DNA from: Eledone cirrhosa
Taxonomy: Eukaryota
Assembly (NCBI GenBank): GCA_964016885.1
Contig: OZ024744.1
Span: forward strand, 75,888,001-75,952,000
Length of the DNA: 64,000 nucleotides
Direction: 5' to 3'
A program made the position numbers and the translations under genes. Under the pieces are notes generated by a model. The model had not been told where the DNA came from. It made no database searches and was given only the letters and a program-made list of their open reading frames with translations. This document shows positions 51,501-64,000 of this stretch, in pieces; the stretch's first letter is position 1, and the number at the start of each line of letters is the position of its first letter.

Positions 51501-53785
51501 ACCTGGGTGCGTGCTCTCAGACACGAGGGGACGAAAGCCGTTCAATGGGCCCGATTGGCGGAGGTGCGTCGTAGCAATAAATCCACGATCCGTTCTTTGG
51601 TGGACCACGACGGGTGCATGCTACTCGATCCTCGGCAAATTTGTGAAGCCTTTCAGTGGCACTTCGGGGGCAGGGGTGGGCCGGATCGAGGGATGGACTT
51701 TAGTGTCTATCTCGACGGACTGCCGCGGTTCTCGGCCGCTGAGGCGTAGTGTTGCGAAAAGCCGATAACAGCAGCTGAAGTACGGGAGGCAATGACTGGC
51801 TGCACAAAGGGTAAATCGCCTGGTTTGCCCTATGAACTTTACGTACAGATGCCAGACTTGTTTGTAGGCCTCTTGGCGGACGTCTTCTGCAACTGGCAAC
51901 AGAACGGGAGAATTCCCAGCTCTGTGAACCGAGGAGATATGGCGCTGCTGAGAAAGGATCCGAACATAGATAATTTCAGGCCCATAACTCTGCAAAACAC
52001 AGAGTTCAAGATTTTGGCCAAGGTGCTAGCAAAGAGGTTGGCGCTTGTCGTTGGTGGTCTGGTGTGAGTGCCGCAGACGTGCGCCATTCCCGACAGATCA
52101 ATCCACGACAACCTCCACCTCATGCGATACATCGTAGAGAGGGTAGCTAGGGAACCTGGCACGGGTGGGTCCTTGATCAATTTAGATCAGTCGAAAGCTT
52201 TCGATAGGGTCGACCATCGTTACCTAGCGGCAGTCCTGAGGGCGGCTGGCTTTGGGCCCGTCTTCAGAGGCTGGATCGCTGCCATGCACAGCGACATCTG
52301 CTCTGTGGTGAGTGTGAACGGTCACCATTCTGAAGCGTTCAACATCATGCGCTCGGTCCGCCAAGGAATTCCCCTCTTGTACATATTGACACTCGAGCTA
52401 CTACTGCACAAACTACAGACGTTGAGGGGGGGGGGGTCCCGCGCGAACTAGGATGCGGAAGATCCGTGTCAGCATATGCAGATGATGTCACCGTAGTGGT
52501 GTCGAACGCCAAACACAACGAGGCGATCGGCACTACACTAAGAGAATAAGAAGTGGTGACAGGAGCAATGATCAACCAGGAAAAATCGGTGGGCCTGCAG
52601 CTCGGCACCTGGAGAGGCAGGTCCATGCCATCCAACAGCGTCGTCGGGTGCTGGACGGACGAAGCGGTTAAATTGCTAGGGGTCTGGTTCGGTTCGGACC
52701 TCCAGACGGACAAAAACTGGGACGACGTGACGAGCAGGGTGGCTTCTCTCACCCAGAAATGAGCAGAGAGGAAGCTATCCTTGAAAGGTCGAGCGGAGGT
52801 GGCGAATGCGTACATCGCGTCCGTCATCTACTACCGCCTGACCGTCGTGCCTTGTCCTAAGCCTCGCTTGACTGCGCTGGAGCGTTTGCTCTTTCACTTT
52901 TTGTGGAAGGGACGCGCTCCGATGGTCAGGCGGTTCATCTGCTGTCAACACCCGCTACGTGGAGGGCTGGGCATTCCGTGGCTGATGATGCACAGACACG
53001 CGCTCAGGCTACGACATCTCCACCTCTTCCTCGACGGTGATCAGGTATGGTCACCGTTTTCTAGGCGCGAAGACTGAGAGGGAGCGCTTGGAGACTAGAA
53101 TGTCTTCAGGCGCTCACAGCCCTCGACCAATCGGCCAATGTGATCGGTGGATACTCCACCTTGGCGTTCTATAGAGGATTAGTGGAGGGGAAGAGCGACG
53201 AGGTACTTGGGGAAACTCTAGCCAATCTCTTCGGAAGAACTTTCGGGCCGGGGCTATCACAACTTCCAGAAATCCCTGGCCTGGCAGTGCTACCGAGGAG
53301 CTTTGCCAGTTCGGGTTAAACTCTACAGGTATGGAGGTGCCGTCAACCGGGAATGCCCGAGATGCGCGCAGGCGACGAAACTGTCCAGTGTCTGAGCATT
53401 GCTGACTTGTGGGTTTATGTCGAACACCTGCTGTCGCGTGTAGCATGGATCCGGCTATCAGCTGAGTCCATCGTGAGGATTGCCCCGCCTTCTTCCTTTA
53501 GCCGGGAAGAGCAGGCAGTTTTTATCTGTCTGGTGGCCATGGCGAAATGTATAATATGGTGGACGCGTTTGAAAGGGCTGAAGACGAGCACTTCGGCGAT
53601 GCCCTGATTAACTTTTTCAAATTTCATTTGAAAAGGTAAATCAGTGTGGAGAGGTAAGTGCTCTTTTTCCAGCATTTTTTTTGAAAGATGGGTGAGAGAA
53701 GCAAGAATGGCCCGTGTGAATGGGCCTACTCTGTGCCTGTAAACTGAAGGTGCAAAACTGGGAGAGGGCACTTGCCCTGGTGGTC
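48568..53785 (+). mobile_element. Tx1-like copy 4 (type A), more degraded; 3' UTR cut off by a PLE
   Basis: Starts GGCGACCTAC after the copy 3 tail; ORF2 remnants 50462-53742; ends GCCCTGGTGGTC|. Confidence 0.9.
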
Positions 53786-53792
53786 ATTTCAG

Positions 53793-53903
53793 GTATTAAC
53801 AATTGTTTCATTGATCAGGTGAGTCTAGAGGCCGCTAATCGCTCGAAGTTGCGTCACTCGATCTCCATTACATTATTTACCTCTGATCAAATCCTCCGAA
53901 TAC
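53793..53903 (-). ncRNA. pLTR hammerhead (family h), core mutated to CGGAGGA
   Basis: Copy of 57190-57300. Confidence 0.55.
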
Positions 53904-56900
53904 AGATAATTCATACATGGCATGATATAAATAGAGAAATAGCGTAGAATCAAAACAATAACAGTAATAATAACGTATACGATAAATAGGTAAAGAAGTT
54001 ACAGATGTAAAAAGTAAAAAGTAAGAAAAAAGATACAAGAAAAAAACTAAGAAAATGGAAAAATAATAAAAATATAAATAAATAAGGATAAATGAGAGCA
54101 TATATGTACAGAATATGATAGTGGTGGTGGTGAGTAAGTGTCCGTATAAAGATGCTGTGGTGGATTTAGTGCTAACATGAAAAGCCATATTCGAAACGTA
54201 CATAGATACGTGTAGAGAATCTGAGGTAGTGACAGATAAAAGAAAAAACAATAAATAAAAAATCAATTGGGAGATACTAGTATGAGACCCAAGGGCTAAG
54301 GGTGGATGGTGAAGGAGGGGGGTTGACAAGTGTGTGGGGTAAATGTTTTGCTGATTGTCTTGTCTTATTGGGGTTGATGTGGTTTCAGGGAGAGAGGGTG
54401 AAAGATATGTTAAGAGATTTATCATCTAGTGACCAGTCGGCTGTTTGACAGCTAATAGCGGCGTGATGGTATGTATTCCGTACGTTAAAATCCAGGTGGT
54501 TCAGTTCTAATTTTGGGATTGCTGGGTCGAATCACGGTGGTTTGAAATTTGTGAACTTGGTAGCTATTTTATACTTACAGAAAATTGATCTTTCTATTTT
54601 GCTGTTAAGCAGCATCTTATCGTACCTTAAAATATGGAGTAGCTCCATATTGCAAAGTCTGCAGTGGGACATTCCATTGTCGTAGGCCCTTGCTCTCGAT
54701 AATTTTGACCAGCTAATCCTATATTCCCGAGTTTGTGCTTTTAAGCTGCCAGATTTTATTGGCGAGCGTTGTAGAGTTCTCCAGTCTAAGGTTCTTCATG
54801 GAGTGTCTGTGAACGTACCATCTTTATTTGAATTCCCCAGCCGTGGAACCTATGTAGTGCCAAGTAAAGTTGCCTGAATTTATAGTACACAGGTACACCA
54901 TACTTGAATCCAGGCATTTATTTTGTAGTGGGCACTTATCCGGTAGGTGGCAGTTACAGTTGGAGGATTTTCTGGTTCTCCATTGCGGTTTTGTATGTTG
55001 TTATGGGTGGGTTGAGATTTAGGCCTATTAATGTTTTGTTGTGATGCACCTTGATGTGTGTGTGGTTGCGATTTGTTATGTGTTTGCATTTTGTATTTGG
55101 TACTATGGTGTATGTTGGTAGCCTATTTTATTTAGAGATATTTTTGTGGTTGATTTTATGTATGTGTGATTCTATGTTGGCTGCAGTAGAGTAAGATAGT
55201 TTGATAGTTCTTCTATTAAAGATTCTCTGGTATTTGTGAAGTTTAGGGATGTGTTTGTCGATTAGCTTAAAGAATGTAGAAGGTAGTTTGGTTTTTATAG
55301 AGGAGTTGAATATTGGATTGAACCATAAATATTTTCTATCTCTGGATCCTCTGTAGTTCCTAGGGATCCTTATAATTAGTGTTCGGTTCAGTTATTTTTG
55401 GTGCTCGTCTATTTCTATGTTTAGTCCTATGTTTGTTATTTCTATAGGTGTGGGTAGTGTAGTTGTCGTTAGGTTTGTTGCTGCTGTCTCTATCTGCTAT
55501 GTATTCGAGCCCCTCTTAATGTAAAGCTATGTTATAATAGATTGCGTGTTCGTTAAAAATCTCTAGGTTAGAATATAGGCGGGATATTCTGAGGGATATA
55601 CTATGTGCTATGGAGTTAATTATGGATCGGAGTGGTTTGAGTTATAACTAATGTAGGCTAGATTCTCGTTATTTTTATGGAAGGGCTCTATTAATCCTGT
55701 GTTTAGGTTGAGTGTTACATCTAAGAAGTTTGCTTTTTTAGAGTTAAGTTCGAAAGTGATACCTAGGCCTAGTGTGTTGAAGAAGACTCTGATGTTTTTC
55801 CGTAATTTTTCCATGTTTTGATTATTTAAGTCTTTGGCTAAAAGGAGTGTATCGACTCTATAAATTCCTCCATGGAGGTTATTAAATTCCTTATGTAAGT
55901 TGTGCGCTATATATATTCCCACTAAGTCTGTTACCTGTGTTGAGTCGTTAGATCCCATTGTGATATCGAAGCTATTCTGTCTGGGTTTTTTTCGTTCCCA
56001 GTAACTATCTTCGAATCTAATGATAGTTATCTTAGCAGCTAGTATTATTCTAATTTCCTCAGAGGATAGGTCCGAGTTTTTCTGGGCAAAGGTTAGCGCT
56101 TTATCTAGGGTAACGGGGGTTATGGAGAAGTAGTAGTCATTAATGTCAAACTGTACGAAGTTGGATGTTCCCAACTGTCTATTTTGCTGAACCAGTCTAT
56201 TGCTTCGTTAGTGTTACCCCCATGGCTTAATTACTAGTTTGTCCTTGATTTGTGCGATTACTCTATCTAGTATATACTTGCTAATTCTACCTATATCCGA
56301 CTTCGATGGGCATATTAATCTAATTGTGGGGTCTGTTTCGAAATTATTTTTGTGATCCTTTAGGATAAATGTGGGGTTGCAAGGGGTTAGAGGCTCGGTT
56401 CTATCAGATATTTTCAGTTCTTTTACTATGCTAAACCCTTCCTTATTAATGCTAGTGAGTGCAGATTATGTAGTTTTCTTGTATTTTTTGTGCAGTTCAC
56501 GGCGTATAAAGTTATTGTATGTATTAAGGCTCATGGTGTATACGTTTGATGTTTTGTCCGCTTTTACTATAATACCGTTGGTGTTGCGTAGTTTTTTTAG
56601 TAGTGCATTGATGTCGTTTTGCAGTTTGTTGTGATGGGTCCGTTTTTTAAATTTGGTTCCACTTATCATGTTCATGAGCTCGAGTCGAAGGCATTGAGCT
56701 GGGTGTTATTCGGTGTTACTGGGTGTTATTCGGATTTGAATCCGTATTTTTCCCTAGTAAATTCCTCTGTGTTATTAGTGTGCCCCTTATCGTAATTATA
56801 GGCCATCCATCGGATTCGACGGATGAAGTCGTTAGTACGCTGTATCGTACCGGGTGTATAGTCCTTGTTTGTAGGTATAGGTATGTTTTTCAAGGACATG

Positions 56901-57189
56901 CCTATGTGGTGCTTTTCCATGTTAGTGCCGTGCGTTAAGGTTGTTGCTCAACCTAGTGGGAGCTGGGTATATGGGATAACAAGTTATCGTTATAGGTAAT
57001 CCAGTTAGAGGTTGTGAGTACTCTGCGTCGTGGATAGTTTTAACGTACGGTTTTGTTTGACTCAACAAGATGTTTCCATAGTTAGGCAGCGAGTTCGCGG
57101 TAATTCGTATGCAGGTTATACTTGGAGTAATAATAGTGAAAGAATGAAGAGTAACATGGTTGGCTGTACAACAAGGAGCTTTATTTCAG

Positions 57190-57300
57190 GTATTAACAAT
57201 TGTTTCATTGATCACTTGAGTCTAGAGGCCGCTAATCGCTCGAAGTTGCGTTACTCGATCTCCATTACATTATTTACCTCAGATCAAATCCTCAGAATAC
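57190..57300 (-). ncRNA. pLTR hammerhead (family h) with long loop II insert
   Basis: GTATT-CTGAGGA-tTTGATC...GATCAAt-GAAA-CAATTG-TT-AATAC. Confidence 0.75.
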
Positions 57301-57333
57301 AGATAATTCATACATGACATGATATATATATAG

Positions 57334-57404
<71 letters not shown>

Positions 57405-57467
57405 GACAAACTACAAACTACAATAGAACATTTTTAAAAGACTCCAGTTGCATTTTCAATTTATTTT

Positions 57468-57583
<116 letters not shown>

Positions 57584-57626
57584 ATATTAAATAAATGGAA
57601 ACTATATTTATTTATAAAACCATATT

Positions 57627-57688
57627 TATTCTATTATATATATTTCAAGGGTACCAAAAACTTTGGTACGCTTTCATCAGATAAAATA
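57627..57688 (-). ncRNA. Minimal type I hammerhead (family e), third copy
   Basis: TATTTTAT-CTGATGA-AAGcGTACCAAA..TTTGGTACcCTT-GAAA-TATATA-TA-ATAGAATA; flank matches 23642-23670. Confidence 0.85.
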
Positions 57689-58664
57689 CAAAGAGGGTTT
57701 TCATAAATTTTGACATAGCCAAGGAAAACATACCTTATCAGTTGAATATTCCTTGGGTAGTGAGATTATAGAACGGATTTTTCAAACTTATGGATGATTA
57801 TGCAAAAGAATATGTAAATACGGTTGAGTTATATGATTGAAAAACCGTTATTTTAAACGCTATGGAAAGTTTTGATATATTAGTAAGAGAGAAAGAAAAA
57901 AAGAAAAAAACGAAAAGGAGGAAGAAGAAGGAAAAGGGAAAAAGGAAGAAGACCACTAATATACGTTAATTTTGGGGAAATAAATTTTATGTATATATTT
58001 ATATGGAGAATTATGTTTGTAAGTATTTATCTTATTATAATATTGTAGTGGGTTAAATAAATATCTATATAAATTTTAATAATAGCTTATATATTTTTAT
58101 TATAAAGATAATTTGCGATTATTAGTTGTTTATAATATGAGTTACGAGGGAAGTTGATTTTGTGTTTTATGTAGATAAATAAATAAATAAATAAATAAAT
58201 AGGTAGTTCAAGTTTTAGGTTGTTTTTAATATGAGTTACGAGGGATGTTGTATTTTATGTAAATAAATAGGTAGTTAAAATTATGAATTTATATATTTGG
58301 ATAACTTAACGGAGATAGGTATAATGAATTTAAATGATTGAGAAAGGAAAGATAACTCCAATTTTATTTGTTAATAGATAAATTTTTAAGAGTTAGTGTG
58401 AGATTAATTAATTATTTAGTCGAAAGAAATATGAACGTTTAAACATCGTCTTGAATAGGATACATTTTCCTAAAGTCAGTTAATGGTTATTAATCTACGT
58501 TTAAAATATAGCTTTAGAGGGTATCATTGGAAAAATAAAGAATTAAAAAAAAAAAAAATGATATAGATAAACAAAATATATATAAATATCTATACACATA
58601 TATATATATAAATAAATATATATATATATGTGTATAGATATTTATATATATTTTGTTTATCTAA

Positions 58665-58728
<64 letters not shown>

Positions 58729-58819
58729 CGAAGGAAATGTGGTAAGGAACCAGGTGGACCATAACGCACCAAAGTACTCAATACTTGAGGTAGTAGAGTG
58801 GGTAATAGGAACCAGTAAG

Positions 58820-58913
58820 ACCCCGACAGCTGAGCTCAAGCCGTTTCGACGGCTAATTCTGGACTAAATGAAAATTTATCCTGGTATTTAAATAGCCGAT
58901 CTTCTCAAGGGGT
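58820..58913 (-). ncRNA. Type I hammerhead, U3-A8 core variant (family i)
   Basis: Inverted copy of 60316-60409. Confidence 0.75.
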
Positions 58914-60315
58914 AATTCCATATATGGTCAAAGTGATTGTCAAAAATCAGTAGTAATTCTGTGGTTGCAAATTAGTAGGGGAGATGGTGGCTAAACCTGC
59001 CAGTAGGAGAAAGAGGGGAGGGGGTGGAGTAGACCCAATCAAGCGTTGGTAGTGCCAGCTACATTTATGCTCGGAGGAAACTTTACAAATGCTGTTTTCG
59101 ACGGACCAACTCCTAAACAAGAAAGATGAACTGGTTACTGCATGTAAACATAGATTGCGTAGGACTTACCTCGCCCTCAAACCCCATAATGACCCGGGGG
59201 GGGGGGGGTAGACTAGGGCTATAACACCCCAGTTGCCGATTTTGCAATGGGTAACCCCTGCTTGCCAAGGAAGACGTAAGATCTTCTTTGTATTCTTTTA
59301 TCGCTTCCTTTATTTCCTTCCCCCCTCTCTCCTTTGTCCTTCTACCCCAGCTCTTCTTCTTTGTCGGCGTCTTTTCTCGCCCACCCGAGGCTGCCCTTTG
59401 GCCCCATGTAGCCTTAGTACCCCCACCCCCCCTCCCCTAGTCTTTGATAGATTTGGCGGACTCCGCCCTTTATAGCAGTTGGCTTAGACCCCGGATACTT
59501 TCCCCCTTTTTCCGACCGCTCCCACTATTCTCTGTGCCCTCTATATTTCTTAGTGGCACATGCCTTATTTTTTCGTTTCAGTATTTCTTGCTTCGCTTTT
59601 CTTCTGGGCGGGGTGGATTCTGAATTTATTTCTCCGTATTCTACCTTTATTTCGTACGAACTTTCATGTAGCTTGTTTTAGATCTTTTAGAGTTAGCATT
59701 AGTATATATTTTTCTCGGGACTCAGAATTATTATCTCGTACAAGTTCACTTTGCTGCACTGGGTCGTTGCTGGCCCGGGATGGAAACCTTTATTGTTTAT
59801 TTCGTGGTAGTCTCTTTAGTATTTTGGCCTCTTTTGTTGACCCGTCACCGTATCATTTACGTACTTATACCTCTTAAAAGGGTCCTTGCCTTATCCGTCC
59901 CACCTAGTTCTCTTACTTATTTCCTTATTTATTTATTTATTTATTTATTTACTTCTTTCTTTCTTTCTTTATTTTATTCTCGCCTAACAATAGCCTGACA
60001 CCTAGGTCGTAGAATTTAATTTACTTTACTTTTTTCTTTACACTTATTTGCTTTTCTTCACTCTCAGTATTTTTTCTTTCCTATTTCTACCCCCCATTGT
60101 TCTACCTACCGTTCCGACTTCCTCCCCCTCCCCCTCCCCTGTATCTTCTTTGACCTCATGCCCAGCTGTAGCTGGCACTACCAACGCTTGATTGGGTCTA
60201 CTCCACCCCCTCCCTCTTTCTCCTACTGGCAGGTTTAGCCACCATCTCCCCTACTAATTTGCAACCACAGAATTACTACTGATTTTTGACAATCACTTTG
60301 ACCATATATGGAATT

Positions 60316-60409
60316 ACCCCTTGAGAAGATCGGCTATTTAAATACCAGGATAAATTTTCATTTAGTCCAGAATTAGCCGTCGAAACGGCTTGAGCTCAGC
60401 TGTCGGGGT
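60316..60409 (+). ncRNA. Type I hammerhead, U3-A8 core variant (family i)
   Basis: ACCCC-TTGAGAA-GAtCGGCTA...TAGCCGTC-GAAA-CGGCT-tgagctc-AGCTG-TC-GGGGT. Confidence 0.75.
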
Positions 60410-60419
60410 CTTACTGGTT

Positions 60420-60510
<91 letters not shown>

Positions 60511-60646
60511 TAAGAGTGGGAAATGAAATTTCGTTTCATTTTTTACGTTTATCGATTTCGGTGCACCCGGCCGATTAACCAACTCGATATGCAAATTGGG
60601 CTACTCAGCCGTTAATATGCATAAGGTAAGTATATACGTTCAACAA

Positions 60647-60687
60647 TTTGCTGACGATAGCTAATAAGCTTGAAACTAGTACAGCGT
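60647..60687 (+). ncRNA. Minimal hammerhead motif (family c)
   Basis: TTG-CTGACGA-TAGCTaataAGCTT-GAAA-CTAG-TA-CAG; module 60508-60958 homologous to 20640-20960. Confidence 0.65.
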
Positions 60688-60979
60688 TCCTTTGTCAGTG
60701 TTCAACAAACGAGCAACGATGGTTGCTGGACACTACGGCTTAATACGGGATGTTTGTTTACAAACACCCGAGCATTATAATAAATGTTCGGTGAATCCAT
60801 ACGTACACATATATATATATATGTGTGCATGTATGTATATATATATACATACTACTGTACGTCTGTATACATAGATGTATGTACGTGTACATACTTATAT
60901 TTAAGTAACAGCCGTACTAAGAATGGGAAATGAAATTTCGTTTCATTTTTTCCGTTTATATATATATATATATATATAT

Positions 60980-62075
60980 GTTAAAAGGTGAAAGTACTAC
61001 AAACATTAGAGATATTATGATTTAGAGCTATTATTATAGTGCAAATATAAATTGTTAAAAACGATAGGATCATTTTGAAGGAATATTATAAATTACACAT
61101 AGTTCTGAATGTAGAATTTTGGCGATGTCTGCAAGAATTAAATAATTCTGTTCTGAGATTAATAGAGTTTTGACAGTTAATTATATAAACATTTCTTCAA
61201 TACACAATTTACAGAATTTTGATAAAGCCATATTTCGGTGCGCAGGTTCTTCTGAAATCGTTTTCCAAGATATTGAATAGTCTATATTCTTGCTTTTTAA
61301 GTTCCACATAACATGTGGAAGAAAGGTAGAAGATTTTTCATCGGATCTTCTAAAAGAATGATTGTGGTTAATCCAGCGACCTTTAAATTTTGTAGAAGTG
61401 GCACCGACTTAGTTAAATATATTATCACAAGTTTTAACTATGCATTTATAGACTACATTTTTATCTAAACACTTATTTTGTAAAGAGCAGTTTGATTTGA
61501 TTCTACAGTTACATTTTACGGAGTTGTTGTTGCTCGGAACGGTACTATTGTGTTGGTTATTGCTAGAAATATTATTATTGCTATTTTTGTTAGGGTTTAA
61601 ATTTAAGTTTCTATTATTAATTCTATTTATATTTTGTGCTATGTCTGTTAAAGATTGAGTGGCATCTGTTGGCTTTAGGAAAACATTTGTCTAGTGCTTT
61701 AAAGAATAGTTTTGTTAAAGGTGTTTTAACGCTTAATGAGAATGGGGTGTGAGTACCAAATAATATTTCTAGTTCTAGTTCTTTTGTTTGGTTTAGAGTT
61801 TAAGTTAAATTGTTTATTATTATTATAATTATCACTAGGGTGATTTGCCATGTTATTGTTGTCAATGTATTTAATTGTATTCGAATACCCTGCTCTATTT
61901 AAAGCTTCATTAAAATATTCAGCCTTATCATCAAAAATATTTTTATTAGCAGGGATGCGTGAAATTCGTTGTTGGACACTATTGACAATAGTATTCTTAA
62001 TAGATCTAAGATGATTAGAGTTAAAACTTACGTAATTTAGATTCTCACTCATTAATTTTATGGAAAGGATAATAA
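60980..62075 (-). mobile_element. AT-rich Penelope-like 3' fragment (RT thumb plus GIY-YIG)
   Basis: ENLNYVSFNSNH, RISRI, TRNIIWY; CNCR..CSLQNKCL and CKLCIEE in the 61200-61520 remnants. Confidence 0.8.
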
Positions 62076-62187
62076 AGCCCCTATTTACTCCAGAAATTTG
62101 TAGAGTGCTCTGAATCAGTTATAAACATTTATATTTGTTGAATTTCCAACAAATTAAATATCCCTTCCACTTATATATATATATATG

Positions 62188-62259
<72 letters not shown>

Positions 62260-62266
<7 letters not shown>

Positions 62267-62347
62267 AAAAAGGGATGAAATCGAAAATGCAACTGAAGTC
62301 TTATAAGACTTCAGTTGCATTTTCGATTTCATCCCTTTTTCTTTATA
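62260..62347. repeat. Perfect 88-bp spacerless palindrome
   Basis: ...GCAACTGAAGTCTTA|TAAGACTTCAGTTGC... Confidence 0.9.
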
Positions 62348-62402
62348 CTTCCATTCGTGTAGGACACCTCGGTTATTTTTCATTTTGTAAAAAAAACCTC
62401 AC

Positions 62403-62463
<61 letters not shown>

Positions 62464-62469
62464 CATACA

Positions 62470-63212
62470 TATATATATATATAAAACTGAAGTTGTCTGT
62501 GTGTGTGTGTCCTAATTTTGGCAAAGTCTATACAAATTCACATTTCTACTCCGATTGACTTCAAACTTGCATTTATATATTCCTTGCGGTCTAAAGATAT
62601 TAACTGCACATTTTATTTTTCAATTTTCTGTTGTTAAAGACGTTTTTTTCACTAAAACTTTAGGCCTTTTTTGTCAGTTCGTTCGGAAATTTTGACTACA
62701 ATGTACAATTCTTTAGTATTTTGAAAGAGTTACCTCTCTTTATAGACTATGTTATCCCTACTTAAACGTACAGCCCTTGAAATTGTTGATGGTGACCCCA
62801 ATGGTAATTCCGAAGCGTTCGGCATCCGATATAACATTTCGGTCTATATTAGATTTTTGTAACCTTAAATGTATCCAACTAAATTCCTTCATGCTCTCCA
62901 CCACTGCTCTCCCACATGCTTACTGCTCTGTAACTATTGCTTTCATTGTACCATAGCACAACAAATACATGTTCGGTTTGTCGAATGCCTTTTTACTTAA
63001 CCCTATCGTCTTGGCTTTCGTGGGTTGAACATTTTACTCTCAGGCACCCAATTAAGTTAAACCCCTGGTAATCTACGACGAGCATAAGCACAAAATGTAG
63101 ACACCATCCCCAGGCCGAGGTATTCCGTACTTCTCTGTACTGTTTCAGAAAGGAGGGATAAACCTGCCAATCTATGTTTAGAAGCCCGAGCAACGCCGGA
63201 CCATTTTGCTAG
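62470..63212 (+). mobile_element. Non-autonomous Helitron (5' TC obscured by (TA)n)
   Basis: ATATAAAACTGAAGTTGTCTGTG start; CCCGAGCAACGCCGG...CTAG|T end. Confidence 0.7.
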
Positions 63213-63399
63213 TATATATAAATATTTAATATAGAAATGGCTTCAATGAAGCCATTTATAAATTAAATAGTTATACTCTGCTTTGTATTGAGTACTTTAC
63301 TTACTGTGGTTACCCCTGATTGAACCCGGCATAAACTTCGATGAAGTTATACAAAGACTCACCAAATCCAACCAGACCAACTTAGATTCAATAGTTATG

Positions 63400-64000
63400 C
63401 CTTTAGCCACAATGTTGTCTCTCTCTACACTACAGTCCCTGTTCACTCAGCTATCAACCTATTGACTGACTGCATAGTCTCTGAGAACATTTACCGCTAG
63501 GGACTCCACCTGACAGACATACACCAGCTTCTAACTATCACAGTGGATAATACTTACTTCACCACCACCACACAAGCAGACAGACAACAGGACTACCTAT
63601 GGGATCCAGCCTATCGGGCCTGCTGGCCATCACATATGAACCAGCTGGAACGTTGGGCCCTGAACACCTGCGACTCTTGTGCCTTCTTCAGCCGATATGT
63701 AGATAAAATACTCATCTTTACACCATCCCGTGAAGAAGCGGACAAAATGTACACGGCATTCTCCAGCATGGACGTTACCATAAGGGTCAGCATGGAACAC
63801 CATGGTGACACTGGATCCTTCTCCTTGCTAGACTTCCAGCTCAGGCTAATGGAAGAAGGCAGCATCCACACCGGCTTCTACAGAAAAAACACTAGCAGGG
63901 ACGTGTTCGCTCATATTAAATCGGCCCTCCTCCTTGGTGCCAAGTCCGGACACATAAGGAAAGAACTGACACGTATCCGGAATAAATGCAGCACCACAGG
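63400..64000 (+). mobile_element. Penelope-like RT fragment, continues beyond the window
   Basis: RQTTGLPMGSSLSGLLA, FFSRYVDKILI, FSLLDFQL, FYRKNT. Confidence 0.75.

Larger units (their letters stand above)
53786..57337 (-). mobile_element. Near full-length Penelope-like element with ~150-bp direct terminal repeats
   Basis: MSLKNIPIP N-terminus, KADKT, FDITMGS, ANFLDVTL, GIY-YIG remnants near 54650-54900; 53786-53940 repeated at 57183-57337. Confidence 0.9.
58727..60423. mobile_element. Non-coding element with ~258-bp inverted arms carrying hammerheads, within (TA)n
   Basis: 58805-59063 is the reverse complement of 60167-60423; left end homologous to 33158-33260. Confidence 0.75.

Overview
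Eukaryotic, repeat-saturated window with no convincing host gene. The SINE signatures and microsatellite load suggest a mollusc, probably a cephalopod (inference). Contents: (1) five Tx1/L1-clade non-LTR retrotransposon copies (APE-RT-zf ORF2, CCHC ORF1), mostly head-to-tail at (TTA)n tracts and with three ORF1 types; (2) R4/Dong-like RLE retrotransposons in the same (TTA/TAA)n tracts, opposite orientation; (3) four Penelope-like element (PLE) remnants; (4) five non-autonomous Helitrons (TC...hairpin-CTAG at A|T), one with a Rep fragment and one with a triplicated 5' half; (5) tRNA-derived SINEs and an RTE fragment; (6) a 5-kb 31-bp satellite with higher-order repeats. The main hidden signal is 16 type I hammerhead ribozyme motifs from about 9 sequence families, on both strands. 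Most lie in short non-coding, often fold-back modules within (TA)n microsatellites (PLE pLTR- or retrozyme-like). They include stem II covariation between copies, a U3-A8 core variant, and one hammerhead split by a Helitron 1 nt past its cleavage site. All folds were read by eye and none was tested for activity.
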